From the human T2T-CHM13v2.0 reference genome, Homo sapiens, in NCBI RefSeq assembly GCF_009914755.1, contig NC_060927.1: DNA of 64,000 nt. The stretch is one strand, 5' to 3'. Positions 10,231 through 24,383 of this stretch are shown piece by piece. The notes below the pieces were generated by a model, which was given only the letters and a program-made list of their open reading frames with translations, ran no database searches and was not told the DNA's origin. The number at the start of each line of letters is the position of its first letter. Positions within the stretch are counted from its first letter, which is position 1. The translations under genes were made by a program, and so were the position numbers.

Positions 10231-13200
10231 GGGAATGCAATGCAATGCAATACAATATAAACCATATTTTTCATAACCCAGGAAATATACTTGGCCAAAT
10301 TTTGGGGAGTTGCAGAAGGTGTCTGAACTAGAACCAGCAGGGTGAATAGCAGTCAGTGAGGCATAGTACGGGGGAGAAAAAGCAGAGGTAGAAACACTCA
10401 GGAAATAGAAAAATGGCTGTGCTTGCATTTTTAAAATAGATGCTCTCAAGGATAGGCATCTTCTAAAAATGTCCATACTCTCAAATCATATACAGGTAAT
10501 TTCTCCCCCAGAACATACTCTGATTGCTTTATCAATGTCACAGGATGTCATCCATAAAAATATGTCAACCTTTTAAAGAAGTGGAAGTATGAAAAGGCTC
10601 ATAACACTTTCTCTTAATCCCCTTCCCTCTCAGATAGGATGTCTATCAAGCATTGTACTGTACAGAATGAGGATGCCTCTGCCTGGGTACTTAAATTATT
10701 GATCAAAGCTGTCACTAGCAAATTCTTTAAACTGGATACATTTTGATTGAGTAGGAAGGAATGTTTAAATGGATGCCTGACTGTGAAGAGAATGGTTTTG
10801 CAAATGTCTCCACAGTGCTCCTAATTGAAGTTCTGATAATATAGCATTGCAAGATAACTTGTTCTCCTCTATTTTTAATATGGCAATTTAAAATGTGCAT
10901 ATATATTAAAAAACACAGGAGTAGAAAGCATCAGAGATTGATAATACTCCTTTCCTCTCCTCTTAGATGTTATTTGGGAAAAAATATGAAATATGTTTGA
11001 CTGAGTGAGAAAATAAGTTTTACCATGCCTTCTGTATTCAGGAGAAAGATTTATTATTCTAATCCGAATAGCCTTCTCAGGAAGTCTAGGTTCCCATAGA
11101 AGACAGGAAATTAAGTGTTTTTCTATAGCACTAAAAGACACATAATGTATTAAAGAGAATATCTAAAAGTCCGTCTGTTTTGAAGCTATCCAGCTGCAGT
11201 ATTCTCTTAAAAAGATCATAGCAACTTTTCTCTTATAGTTTCCAAAGTGATGTTATGGATCAATTTAACAGTTTTCAATGAGTATATCCCTTTTAAAATG
11301 TCATCTTATAAAGTTCATGATTAATTGCATGAATATCCATATGAAACAGCATTGCCTCTCCTTAATCCACCTCCCCAATGAAAAGCTAAATGCATATGGA
11401 CTAGCCAAAACTTTAGAAGACATGGTATCTTCGTGTGTTTGCTACTGAATTACCAACTTGCATGTCCTAGGAATAGTTTAATATGAAGGCATACAATTTC
11501 TCTGAAAACTACTTTTTCTTATCTCTAAATAATGGTTTCTTCATCTCAATGCAAATAATATTAAATTAAAAATGCATACTGTAATTCTGAATTTTAAAGT
11601 GGGAGAAATATACGTTTAAAGAAGTAATGATACCTAAAGTCCAACTATAAAGTAACAGTATGAGAAATCCTTTAAGCTCTTGAATATATTTCTAGCTAAC
11701 ATTAAAATGGATATTTCATTCAGTACAATATTCACTATATAGCCATATCATAGATGACTAGATTTGATATTTGAAATTTTAAAGTCTAAATTGGCAATTC
11801 AAAGATAAATCTTCTCCACAAAACTTTAGTTCAGAACTAGATAGCAATAGTAAAATTGTTCTAGACCACTGAAAACATGATTGTTTTAAATAAAGTGTTT
11901 TTATTTATGCATTTAAAGATATGTCACTGGGGTAGCATACTCTGGCCTGCTTTTGTTTTATAGGTTTATAATTCAAACTCTAAAGCACCCAGTTTAATCA
12001 GAAAAATGATCCCAGTATATTATATTTTTTTGTCATAATATGATGCCCTAGTGTTCTATTGCTCTTTTCTCAAAAATTTCCGGAAACTTTATTTTCCAGT
12101 GACTATTCCTTTTCCCATTTATGAAAATTCCCTATGCATTAGCTAATATGATTTAAAGCAATTTTGTTCTGTTTTCTCCTTTTTAAACATCTTTCACACA
12201 ATGATTCTCTTTTGGACCCTCCATGGATGGTGAATATAATTTCAATGGGGTGTTTAACTCTTACTTCTCATACCAGAGTCAGGAGGTTGCCTTCAGCTGC
12301 CTTTTCAAGGAAAGTTCCTGAGGTTTGTCTCAAATATATTTGATTTTTTTTGACAAAGATCTGTGCTTTTACAAGCTTTATGATGGGTTTATACTTTCTG
12401 CAAGTTGCCTTTCTAAAAACATGTGTAATTCCCCAGCAGTCCTTTAAAATAGAGTCAAAATACTTTTCTTTTGGAGAAGTTTTACCCCAAAGGCTAGTAT
12501 GTTATATATATTTCCTGCTTTACTTTTCATTTTAAAAGATTTATTCTTAATCCCAGGCATATTGAAACATTATTCAGACAGGGTATCATGTTTGCTGGGT
12601 CTCTGTGGCATACTGGCAGCCTGCATCTTGCCACAAGGGTAGCTAGAAGCAGGTCTCTGCCCTGTAGGTGGCTGAAGCCAGAGAAGCTTGGCTCTTCCAG
12701 GTAGGAAATCAACCTGTCAAGAAGAGTCATGGAAACACGATTAGTTTACTAACTTCATTAAATGAAAACGTTTGCAACACAGGGCTCCCTTTGCTCTCAG
12801 TGTCTGCCGTTGCTAAACAATCCAGTGTTTCATGGGGCGAATGGAATGCCATGTGTACTCCCAGCAGGAGGACATTCCAGAAGGCCATGGGCTTCCTTTA
12901 CCTGGTGATCTTGTGGACTTCATGCGCAATGGCCTATTTTGTGACGCTTTCTCTTCTGTATTTCTCAATAACCCATAACCACAGGTACACAAATTAGGAA
13001 TAAAATGAAATAGAGGTCGCTCTGCTATTTTCAGATCTTGATAAACCTGATTTAAGATTTGTATATATAAGCTATCAACTTCTTGAGTAAAGCATTTCTG
13101 ACGACTAGGCCCATTGCCCCAGAGGTTTGCCTTAATTTCCCAAAAGAAATGTGCTAAAATGAGTGCAAATTAACTTCCAAAAAGAGGATAGATTTCATTA

Positions 13201-14357
13201 CTCTAAGTGCCTCATGCTGGGAGAAAGGTGCTGTTGAGCTCATATTTAAGGGTGATTAGAACTGCATCTTTTTAACTCGAGGATTCTCAAGTATGCATTC
13301 AACTTACTTGCTGGTAGTTTAAACTGTGGAAAATTTGAACCAAATGTGTATATAGTGTTTTTTTCCCCTCACATTTTTAAATAGCAGACTGTGGAAGTGT
13401 GGATCATTTAAATTCTAAGAGTAGTCTTTTATTTTAAATTTAAAATTGTTTTGCAAGTAAATAGCTAAGTCAAGTGAATTAAAAATTGTTTTGCAAACAC
13501 ATAGCTATGTCACTGTTCCTTAGAGTTTTTTTTAATTAACATACATACACACCCAGGAAACCTCATTTAGGTAGGCAGAAATATGTTCTCTTAAGTAATG
13601 AGTTTGAAAGAAAGTCTTTTCTTTTAATGGAATTGACACACTCTGTTTACCATTCTAGAAAAAGTTAGAGAAAAGGTCGGTGGCCTGTACTTGTTCTACA
13701 CTTTAATATTTATAATCATTGAATACATTATATTCATAATAACTTATGTTTGCCATCATTAATTAATTTTAAATTTTTGGGTTTTTCAAACAAAATATAT
13801 AGCTACCTATTGTGTTATTAGCTAAGAAATATGTCTAAGAAATGTTAAAAAATACATGATACTAAAAGTTATAAGAAATTACACATTGGTATTCAGTGAT
13901 GTGAGCTAGTCTGCAAGTTTATTTTTAATGTAAAACTTTGGCTAATTGATTTTTTTTCTCATACCAGATAAATATTTCTTCATAAGGCCATCTTTTTCTA
14001 GAGTGGGTCCTGCAACACTTATTTGGTGCAATTCTAAAGTAAAGGTAGTACAAACATATTATATATTTGACTACTAATTTATCTTCTCATTAATTTGGTT
14101 ACAGTCCTCCTTGCTAAGTAGTGAACAAGCCTTAAAGAAAAATAACAATAAATAATATCAAAGGGTTCAGTATTATTATATGCTGCATTGGGAAAAGCCA
14201 CTCTAAATATAACACAAAAAGAAGGTAATTACTTCAATAATAAGAAATGATCTTTATTAAACACATTAAGTTGTGAACTATATTTTATTCATTCAGCTTA
14301 TGAACTCAGGGGAAAATATATAGAGTTATTGATCACAATGTTTCAACAATTCTTGTG

Positions 14358-14363
<6 letters not shown>

Positions 14364-14395
<32 letters not shown>
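14364..14395. repeat. (TG)16 microsatellite
   Basis: Direct reading. Confidence 0.97.
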
Positions 14396-14396
<1 letters not shown>

Positions 14397-15334
14397 ATTC
14401 ATGCACATGTCAGAGATGGGAACACGGTATAATATTACATCAAAATAGCTAGCTACAGAATTGATGTAATGGCATAAATATTAAAATTACAGGTATTTAT
14501 TTCCTGCAAAAATAGATTTATTCAGTAAGGGCCATATTTCATAATAACTTTTGAATACCATTTCATAGAAAATACTGATATTTTGAGTGGAAGTTGGATG
14601 GACTTTTCAATAGGATTCAAGAAGTGAGTAGGTATAGACAGTCTGTTTACAAATCTGTGCTTCAGGTATATATAGAGAGTATCTCAGAGTTAATAGTAAT
14701 CAATAAAAAGCCTCCAGAGGTTGAAGTAAAAAAATGGGGTTGGGGTTAGGCAAAGTGTGGCACAGTCGTCACATCTCCTCTGTCTATTATACAGCTTATA
14801 CAAATCAGAGCACTTGGGTTGTGACAAGGGATGTTTCTATTCTCATTGATTAGTGCTGAGTGAACTATTCTGGAGGGAATGATTGTTTTCAGAGAGTCAC
14901 GTGTGGTATAATTGGGTTTTAGTTGCATTGAGCAATGCATCAATGTAGTTACAAGACATGCATTTGGTACTCAAAGGCATCTGCACTGTATTTATGCATG
15001 TTTCATGTATGTACACATCCATAAAATATATCAAGGATGTACCACCTAGGAATAAATATGGCACAATCATACCTATTATGTGAGAACACATTAACAATAC
15101 TGACTATATTACAACTATATCTTGCTATCTATGAGTAGGGTAGATTTTGAGTTATTTTCCAAGAATTTGAAACAAATTATTGTAAAACAGCTAAAGTCTG
15201 TGACGTAATCATGATTCTCGTGATTAGAATTGTATATTTTGCTTAGAATAGTAGCTTATAATAATACTAGGTATTATTTACTAAATACCATCCATGGTGT
15301 TCACATATTATCTAACCATATGAATCTTACAAGA

Positions 15335-15344
15335 TTTTTATTTT

Positions 15345-15387
<43 letters not shown>

Positions 15388-15672
15388 TTATGACAGAGTC
15401 TCACTCTGTCACCCAGGCTGGAGCGCAGTGGTGCGATCTTGGATCAGTGCAACCTCTGCCTCCCAGGTTCAAGTAATTATCCTGCCTCAGCCTCTTGAGT
15501 AGCTGGGACTACAGGCCCACGCCGCCACGCCCGGCTAATTTCTTTTGTGTTTTAGTAGAGACGGGTTTCACTGTGTTGCCCAGGCTGGTCTCGAACTCCT
15601 GAGCTCAGGCAAACCACCTGCCTTGGCCTCCTAAAGTGCTAGGATTACAGGCATGGGCCACCACACCGGGCC
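15335..15672 (-). mobile_element. AluS-type element with (TTTA)n tail, inserted in a MIR
   Basis: Full dimer; degenerate TSD tcttacaagatt / tctcacaacatt; MIR core resumes at 15690 (ttttacatatgagaaaatcagagagg...cttgcccaag). Confidence 0.95.
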
Positions 15673-16409
15673 TCTCACAACATATTATAGCTGTTTTACA
15701 TATGAGAAAATCAGAGAGGGTAAGTATCTTGCCCAAGACCAAAAACCACTAGCAGATTTCTGAGCCAAGATATGAATGCAGCTCCCTTTGAAATGGAAAC
15801 CTGCTCTAATTCTGCTGCAGGAGGTTTTCTCCATTATTGATACTGTGCCCTAAAATATTAACCAAAGATGCATTATGTACAAATGTACAGCCAGATACTG
15901 TCTGTAGTCCATCCTTCCTTTCAACAAATATTTACTGTTTAATATTCGTATAAATAATATATGCAATGCAAATATTAAAATAAGTAATTTTATTTAAAAA
16001 GTAATGTTTTCAAGATGTTCCATTGGAGATACAGCTTTGTTCTATAGTACATGGGCTTCAAGGAGAAATTTAGAACATATTTACATTTTACATTTTGCCT
16101 TTCTGCAACAAATCTTGTGTCCCCTGAAACTCTCCAGTGGGAATAGTGAACAGGGAAGGTGCCACACTAAACATCTCTCTCGATTTTATGCGCACTGTAA
16201 AAAAGCATACACATGGCTAATTCCAATCATTGTACATATGTGTTAGAAAATGGTAATATAGTTCTTTCAACACCTATTTTTAACAGTGTCTAGTTATTGG
16301 GCTGATGTGTCAGTTTCAATTTATCTGATAAAATTATGATTATCAAAGATGCAGATTATGTCAATTATATATTAAATAATTCACTGATTTACCTGTGAAA
16401 GTTTATTCG

Positions 16410-16705
16410 TGCAGTTTCATTCAGTAGTTTTATTAAACATCTACTATGAGTCAGACATACATCTAGAGTCAGATAAAATGGTGGGTAAATATAGGCACTA
16501 TCTTGGCTTTTCTGACATTTCTCATGCTTGAACTAAAACAACCACAAAGTATCCAACTAATAATTTATTCAGAGTTATGATGAATGCTATAATAATCTAC
16601 TTTCTAAGGTCACTGAGAAGTGACATTTAAGCTGATATCCTACAAATATGTACTGAGCACATACTATATGCCAGACTTTGTTTTGAGTATTGAGGAAATA
16701 GCAGA
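16410..16705 (-). mobile_element. L2 3' end fragments
   Basis: tcattcagtagttttattaaacatctactatgagtcagac; caaatatgtactgagcacatactatatgccagac. Confidence 0.65.
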
Positions 16706-19192
16706 TATTTATTCTCCAATATAGAATTTATCATACTTGTTGATTAATCATAAGTACTTTTTTGGGAGAAATATGTAAAAAGCATAGGTCATCTGCTATA
16801 TACTTTTCATTTGGGAGTTTCTTTTCCCACCTTTTTTTTGTAGTTTCCACTTCCATCATCTTCCTACACATGGAAGAGCAAACCTCCATTATCTATTTTC
16901 ATGGAAATTTATAGTTCATTGCCTTTAATAACAGGCCATAATTTTATTTGATTGCATACCATGTTTTCCCCCGTATTTTTATTTACTTTATTGATATTCT
17001 TAAAAGATTTACAATCAATTATAAGTACCAATTTGGGGATTTAAATGTAAAAAGTGAATAAATGTGAAAAATGAACTGGGTTATTGAATCATGCGTGATC
17101 TGTAGCCAATAGAGTGTCTTTTCTTTATGAGAAATAAACAGTCTCCTGCACCAAAACTGAAATGTGTTATGACTTTTTCAATATAATAATTTAAATTACT
17201 GTGAGCCATGATGATTATTTTGATCATGTTAACTGAAACATGAATAATAGGAGCCACTGAAAGGCTTTGCCTTTATTTCGTTGTATTAATCCTTGTGTTG
17301 TACAATCTTTGTTGTACTAATCTTTGTATAAATATCACTTTAAAAGTTGACAGTTTCTGTACTTTATTTGATACAGGAGAAGCCAGGCAAAATAATTATC
17401 ATGGATCCAATCAATACAAATAACTACTCTTGGAAGTGCAGGTTTAAGGAGTTTGCTTTTAGGTGCAGTAACAGGGCATGAACAAGTTTTAACTATCATT
17501 ATGGGTAATGGAAAGAATTTATTGTTGATGAATTAGAATCAACAGCAAAGTGAAAAAAGTTTAAACTGATTAGTGGTATTAGGTTTTTTGAAGATTCAAG
17601 CCCTTGTGTAACTGAAACGTCATGGAATTCTAAGTAGGTAGCTTCCTGAAGCAGAGGAAAAACATAATGTTTCATTCTTTCTGACATTTATCTGGTGGGG
17701 GCTGGTGAGGGAATATGGTGGGAAATAGAGCACCTGAACATAGAAAGTAACAAAATGGAGTAAACTACTAATAATATTATAAGGGAAGAAAAACTGAATT
17801 ACGTATTTTTACTTCGTAGAAAACTTCTGGCTAATTTTCTGACAGAAGAATAAACAACCAATTCTAAAATGCGACAACTCTTTTAATCTCAATATGCATT
17901 TCCCAACCAATGATGACATTTTACATATGCATTGCCACATAGTGAAATGAGAGCAGAAGCAAAGTAACTGAAGGACAGGCCAAATTAGGTCAAAAAGAGA
18001 ACCCACTTCTATCCAGTTTTATTTTATCATATTATAACTCTTCAGATACAAATCTTATTGCACAGCACGGTGAAACACAAGAGAGAATTGATGTTCTATA
18101 AACATGGAGGTGCTCACTTTGCTGTTTGTGTAAACTTGAAAATTCATTCTTTCCCTTGTAAAAATGCTCTAAAATCAAACAAAGAAAATAATTATAATTA
18201 AACAAATGGAATATGTTTTGTCTTCTCTTTATTTTTTAAAAACAGAAGTTTTCCATATCAGGTTTATAATCAACAGTTTTTAGTTATGTATTTTAGTGGA
18301 ATACTAAACATGAATACAGAGACATTTGTGCAGTCACAAATGTTTAAATTCCTACTGCCACACCATAAAAGACTAGGATTTTATTAATAAAATTTACTTT
18401 ATACACATGTATAAAATAATGATCAGAAACTGTTATCAAAGTAATTCCAAATAAATGAAGTTAGATTTATATCTAAAGCCCACATTTGTTGTTATAGGAA
18501 TGTGTTCTGGATTATGTAACACCTATTTTCACTTTTTAAAGTCCATACTCATTTACATTAATTAACTACACATTTGGGGTAGTTCTGTAAATTCATCTTG
18601 CTACGTTTATGATAGTTTTTTAATAGACTCAGGTAGAGTGACTGGAGTGATTAGTGAATTGGAAGCTATTGAAAAAAATAAACCATTTCTGGTGATGAGA
18701 CTGCGGATAAACCAATCTAGAACATTCAGAAATATCTAACTTTTTTACAAAGTCAGTTCAAACAGTGAAATTTTTATCTACCATCACCTTTTTTTTATCA
18801 GTTATATAATCTTAAGTACTTAACTTTATAATTTTCATGTTACTGATTTTAAAACCTTGAGTTTGATTTCTCCTGATTATTTCCTCTATGTAGAAAATAA
18901 CAATTTCCTGCCATACAAATGATTATTTAGAATAAAATCAAAACGATATTTTAAAACAAAATAAAATTATATTATTTCCCGTAATCTATGCCTCCATCAG
19001 ACCCCTTCAATGGCACTTTCTTTTGCATCTAAAGTGAAATTCAACTTATTACCATAGCCTAAAAGGCCCCAAATGAATTGTCCTCTCCTTCCTTCTCAGA
19101 ACTTGGCTCCTTTGTCTCTCCTCTTTACTTAACTTACTCCAACCACGTTCTTCCACTTTAACATAGAATTAGAACAATTATTAAAATGTGTT

Positions 19193-19499
19193 AGCCGATG
19201 CGGTGGCTCACGCCTGTAATTCCAGCACTTTGGGAGGCTGAGGAGGGTGGATCACTTGAGGTCAGGAGTTTGAAACCAGCCTGGCCAACAGGGTGAAACC
19301 CATTTCTACTAAAAATACTAAAATTAGCTGGGCACGGTGGTGGGAGCCTGTAATCCTGGCTACTCAGGGGCTGAGGCACGGGAATCACTAAACCCAGGGG
19401 GCAGAGGTGCAGTGAGCCGAGATCATGCCACTGCACTCCAGCTTGGGCAACAGAGCGAAACTCTGTCTCAAATAAATAAATACAATAAAAAAATAAAAA
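19193..19499 (+). mobile_element. AluS-type element (inside a plus-strand L2 remnant)
   Basis: gcggtggctcacgcctgtaat...gagcgaaactctgtctc plus A-rich tail; TSD-like aaaatgtgt / aaaatatgt. Confidence 0.96.
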
Positions 19500-20026
19500 T
19501 ATGTCACATCACTCCTCTTTTTGTTTAATGGCTGACAGTTTTAAAGGTCATTACATCTGCCTAGAATAGTCTGTGCCTCAAGTGTCTAATGATCCATCTC
19601 TCTCAATATTTTGGGCTCAGAGAAGTCTTCCTGGTTTACATTCATTTACTCTTTCATTTACTCAGTAAATATTGGGAAAACACTTAGGTGCTAGGCAATT
19701 TTCTATGCAATTGGAATATAGCATTGAATGACAGACAAAAATATCTACACTGGTATTATTTATACCCTAACAGAAAAGAGATAATAATACAACAAAATAA
19801 ATCTATTAGGAGGTAATCATTACTATGAAGCAAAGAAATGTATAGAAAGTTCTAGGGTTTGGGGATGCAATTTTAAAGAGGACCCTACTAAAAAGGTGAC
19901 ATTTGATTAAAGTCCTGAAAGAATTGAGTGGGCAAACCATGCTGATAAAGGGTGAGCATGTCAGCTATTTACAAATGAGCAAAGGCCCTGGCCGGAAGAG
20001 TTGTTGGTATATTTCACGAATATTAA

Positions 20027-20464
20027 TGTTTCCAAAACACCAAGGATTCTGTCTAGGTCCTGTTGCTCAATGCACAGAAAGTCAATCACTGAGACAACAA
20101 GTATTGCCAGGGAAGTAGTCATTATTTTATTATACTCCTGGTGATGTCAGCAGAAGACAATTCCTAAATCTGTTCCTACCTCCCAACTAAAGTTAGGAGT
20201 TTATATAGCAGGAAAGGAATGTAGCTAAGTGTGGGGAATTAAGGAATTAAGGAGGGGTAAGGAAGAAGCGTTGGTCAACTGGAAGCAGGTGATCAGGCAA
20301 TCATGATAGATGAGGTCTCTGCTGCCTTAATTGTCTGCATATGGTGATCTTGTTAGTTCAGTCCCTTGATACTGTCTGGGAGGCCTGAGAGTCAGTTTCC
20401 TGAGGAAGGAACTCAGATAAGGCAAATGTAAGTTTCAAACTTTAAACTAGGAGGATCAATTTCT

Positions 20465-20512
<48 letters not shown>

Positions 20513-20552
20513 CCATAAACATCAGTTCTATGGGACCCTTGGGCTGGTTCCA
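20027..20552 (-). mobile_element. ERV1-class solo LTR (MER66-like)
   Basis: TG...CA ends (tgtttccaaaacacc ... gggctggttcca) with a perfect 4-bp TSD ttaa (20023-26 / 20553-56); body matches my recollection of MER66. Confidence 0.85.
20467..20510. repeat. (GT)22 microsatellite within the LTR
   Basis: Direct reading. Confidence 0.97.
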
Positions 20553-21229
20553 TTAAGAAAGCTAGTTTTCCTGGTGCTACGTGAAGTAGGGAGAGAGGAG
20601 TAGAGCGTGGGACAAGTGAGTAAGAGAAGTGAGGCAGATCAGGTAGGGCCAAGCAGAAGTATATGGTGAGACTTCTGATAATGTTCTGTGTGAAATCAGA
20701 GCCGTTGTAGCCTTTGAACTGAGGAGGTCCATCATCTGATTAATGTTTCCTCTGGCTCTGTGTTGGAATTAAACGGTACATTGGCAAAGGCGAAAGCAGG
20801 GAGACCAATTAGGAAGGTTCTCCAGTAGTTAATTGAGAGATTATGGAGTCTTGGACTATCATGGCAGCAGTGAAAGTGATGAGAATGGGTAAAATACTGA
20901 GTATGTTTTGAAAGTAGAGTTGACATGTTTTCTGCTGGTTTAGCTATAAAATGACACAGAGGAGTCAGAATAGTTCCAGAGGTTGTGTTCTTGGCAATGG
21001 AAAAATGTCATTTACTGTAAAAGGAAAAGACTGCTAGTGTAACAGGTTTTAGGAAGATAACCAAATTATATGGTATGTTTGAAAGTCATTTTTAATCCCT
21101 GGGCTTGGGTGAGGAAATGAAGAAGTGTACATAAACAAAACAGAAATAATGTGTTGATTCACTTCAACATCAAGAGGTATGCATATCAGCAAGTAAAAGC
21201 ACTTTTCCCCCCACTCCCACTCTCCTACA

Positions 21230-21430
21230 CTCTTATTCTCTGCAACATGTCCTTGTTTTGTTTTCTTAGTTGTTCTTATTTCTACCTGAAAATACCTTAT
21301 TTTTTAGACTCACTTTATATCATCTTTTTGCCTCCACTGGAATGTAAGCTTTATGAAAACAGGAACATGTTCTATCTTTTCATAGAACCTGACTACTGGC
21401 AAGTCCTCCAAAACACTTTTCAAATGGATT
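21230..21430 (+). mobile_element. L2 3' fragment
   Basis: cctccactggaatgtaagctttatgaaaacaggaacatgttc. Confidence 0.7.
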
Positions 21431-21504
21431 ACTTAATTTTCCAACCTATTTTTGGTTTTAACAGGAAAAACATTTCAAGCTGCAGAACAATTACGAACAG
21501 AAAA

Positions 21505-21755
21505 ATAATAATTAGCATTTATTGAACGTCAAGCACAGTTCTTAGTCTTTACATGTAATAAATCTAAGCCACAGAACAACCCTGATTGGTTAGCATTATC
21601 ATTATCCTGATTTTACGGATGGGAGAATTTTACAGATGGGATCATAGGAATACTAAATACCTTGCCAAAGTTTATGTGAAGAATGGTCAGAGAATTGAAA
21701 TTATAAACCAAATCAGTGTCCTTTTGGCATTCAAGTGAGTGTCCTTTTACCATCA
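21505..21755 (-). mobile_element. MIR SINE
   Basis: ataattagcatttattgaac...acaaccctg...attatcctgattttacggatggg...cttgccaaag. Confidence 0.75.
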
Positions 21756-23334
21756 TGTTGATAATTCTCAATGAAAAGAAATGATAATGATGGGGTCAAT
21801 AAAAGCGTGACATCTACGAGGTTTGGAGATTTTCATGGGCTGACTCAGTTAAGGGAAGGTGTGTTGTCAGCTAAGAAAAAGAAAGAAGCATTACCATCCA
21901 GAGTAACTCTAGTATTCTGGGAATATATATTATACAGGCAAGAAGTTAATTAAACCTCCCACCAAAATACCCAGGGACAAAAGAAAGAAAATAAGGAAGA
22001 GTGAGCCAACATATTTAAATACACTTAATTTAGTATTACATTTTTTAGAAGAAAATTTTAACAAAAATCACTGAGGTCAACACTCTTATCTACAGATAGA
22101 GAAATTGTGGAAATTAGTTCATGTTACACAAGTAGATATTGACCCAAATAAGTGCTGAATTTTACCTCAACTCTCCCTTCTTCCCACTCAAGATTCTCCC
22201 GTGGTATGACATTGACCTTGTGTTTTCTTTAGAAGTAGAAGAAAACACATCAACTGTCCATCTTTTATTTTTTCTGACAGCTAAAAATATGTCTGTATGT
22301 GTTAATATAAGTCAGATTACTGTTTCAGCTACATAGGGTTATGCCTACCTGACAGGAAAACATACCAGAATTTATTTTTTTTGGAATAAAAAAACTAGAA
22401 AATAACCTAATATGTGCATGCTTTCTGATAAAAGATGATTACTCATCATCTTTTGTAAGATTCTACAAAAGAATGCAATTACAAATTTAAAAAAAACACC
22501 TGGTGAATGCTTGCATATAATAGTTACCATCATGCAAAACAATGTCACGTAGTCAATGTTGGATATTCAGGCTAGAGTACATATGAATTTTTAAAGTACA
22601 GTGCTCTCTGTGAGCAAACCATCTTTCTAAATGGATGTGTCACACCATTACTTGGTAGGACATGAATGATTATAGCCTTAAACTGGTAATATGCCTTCCT
22701 GACACAAATATAGAGCTATGATGCTGTATAATGTTGACATTTATAGCCACTTCTATAGACTTCACCTCAAATCTTTGAGTGGATACAGAATGTACTGTAT
22801 ATCTATTTTAAGGTGCCTGTATGTGGACAAGCACAGCAACCATTAAGTGATTAAAAGTGTTATAGGCTTGAGTATTCTATTACTGCATGGTTTTCAGGAG
22901 CCAATAGAGATACCGACTTGAACCAATACTTCTATGTGAGTGGAAAAGGGTTGCTATCACCCAGTAATGTTCTCAGATGAAAAATCCAAGTAAATATTCC
23001 CATCATTAGTTTCATAGTAAATACTGTTTGTGTGAGCCTTTGAACATTATTAGGCATATTAAACTCAAAAGCACCATAATGGTTGCATAAATGATATTGC
23101 ATTTCTTCAGTGTTACAAGAAAAGGAGGCATTGTGGTTGAGAAAATGGTCAGGTAATTAAAGTGTAAGCTTAAAAATAGAAAGCATGTTTATTTAACCTG
23201 AGATTGATTAAAATGCTTCTAAACAGTTTTAAAAGTTCTTTGGCCTTAATAAAGAATTCTGAAGATACTTTCAATTCATATGGATAACAAAATATCATTT
23301 ATGTATACATTAAATATACTTTGACAATTACCAT

Positions 23335-23515
23335 CGTAACAGCTTATATTAACATGGCACCTACTATGTGTCAAATTTCTATGTCTTTACCTATACTAAT
23401 CCAGGTAGTCGTCAGAAGAACCCTATGAGGTAAACACTGTTACCTGGATTTTACAAGCTAAGGAACTACAACAGAGAGATAAGTGGGCATGCTCATGGTC
23501 ACAGAGCTAGAAAGC
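23335..23515 (-). mobile_element. MIR SINE
   Basis: gcacctactatgtgtca...aaccctatgaggta...ttttacaagctaaggaac...ggtcacagagctagaaag. Confidence 0.85.
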
Positions 23516-24383
23516 AATCTCTATCTACCATTGGTGATAACTGAAACGTACAGGACTTAACTTTTCTGTATCTGATTTCCTTCAGCGTGGAGGATCTCAG
23601 CTAGCAGAGAGAAGCTGAGGCTTGGTTCTGCCTTTTACTCTTTATTCCCACTGACAGTACAGGATGCTCATTAAGTTGCCTTATGGCTGGCTAAATTTGA
23701 TATTAAAGTTGGTACTCAACATTGGTACTAAAAATTAATGGTTTCAGAATTAACTCCTGGGGGTGTTCTATGAAAATGAAAAAAAATTATATGTAGTATA
23801 TTAAAGTAATTCATCCTGTATAATGGGATCCTGGAGTAGACAGGCTGTGCTAAGCACATTTATCTGAGAGCCTTGAGCCAACTGTTAAATTTCTGTATCT
23901 GAGGTATATATAATATCTTTATATATATCCTGTCTGTACACACATATATTAATAGGTACTGTATTGTTAGAAATTAAAATTTTATCTAATTTTATAAGTT
24001 CTTCCCAGTGACAGGTAATAACTCAGAGGTTCAATATGTGCGTGCGTGTGTGCATGTGTTCATGCAAGGGGTGACAGAGAGAGTTGAGACTCACAGAGAC
24101 ACGCACAACAGGAAAGAAATGTGTGGAGGAGCTAAAAGGCTGCGATTCCTACCCCTTGCCACTCTGCCATTCTTCCTTTGTTTCCACTCAGGTTTGATTA
24201 ATAGAAAGTGGATCCCTTTATACTGCATTTTAGTCAGAGGCCTTTCTGTTGAGTGAAGCCATTGTGGGTAAAGTTTAGGTTTCTGGGTTGTGAACATCAA
24301 AGAAAGCACAGCCTCAGAGGTACCTAATGTAACAGACCATGCTGTTTTGCCTTCAGTTTAGGATTTATCCTCTGAATACTCAC

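Larger units (their letters stand above)
19640..21140 (-). mobile_element. L2 fragment interrupted by a solo LTR
   Basis: ttcatttactcagtaaatatt...aaaggtgacatttga; resumes after 20556 with gcagggagaccaattaggaagg...gtatgttttgaaagtagag. Confidence 0.8.

Noticed and set aside
24160-24325. Plus-strand exon after the strong acceptor ttcttcctttgtttccactcag (24191)
   Set aside because: Only weak donors follow (GG|GTAAAG, AG|GTACCT), which is insufficient without transcript data.
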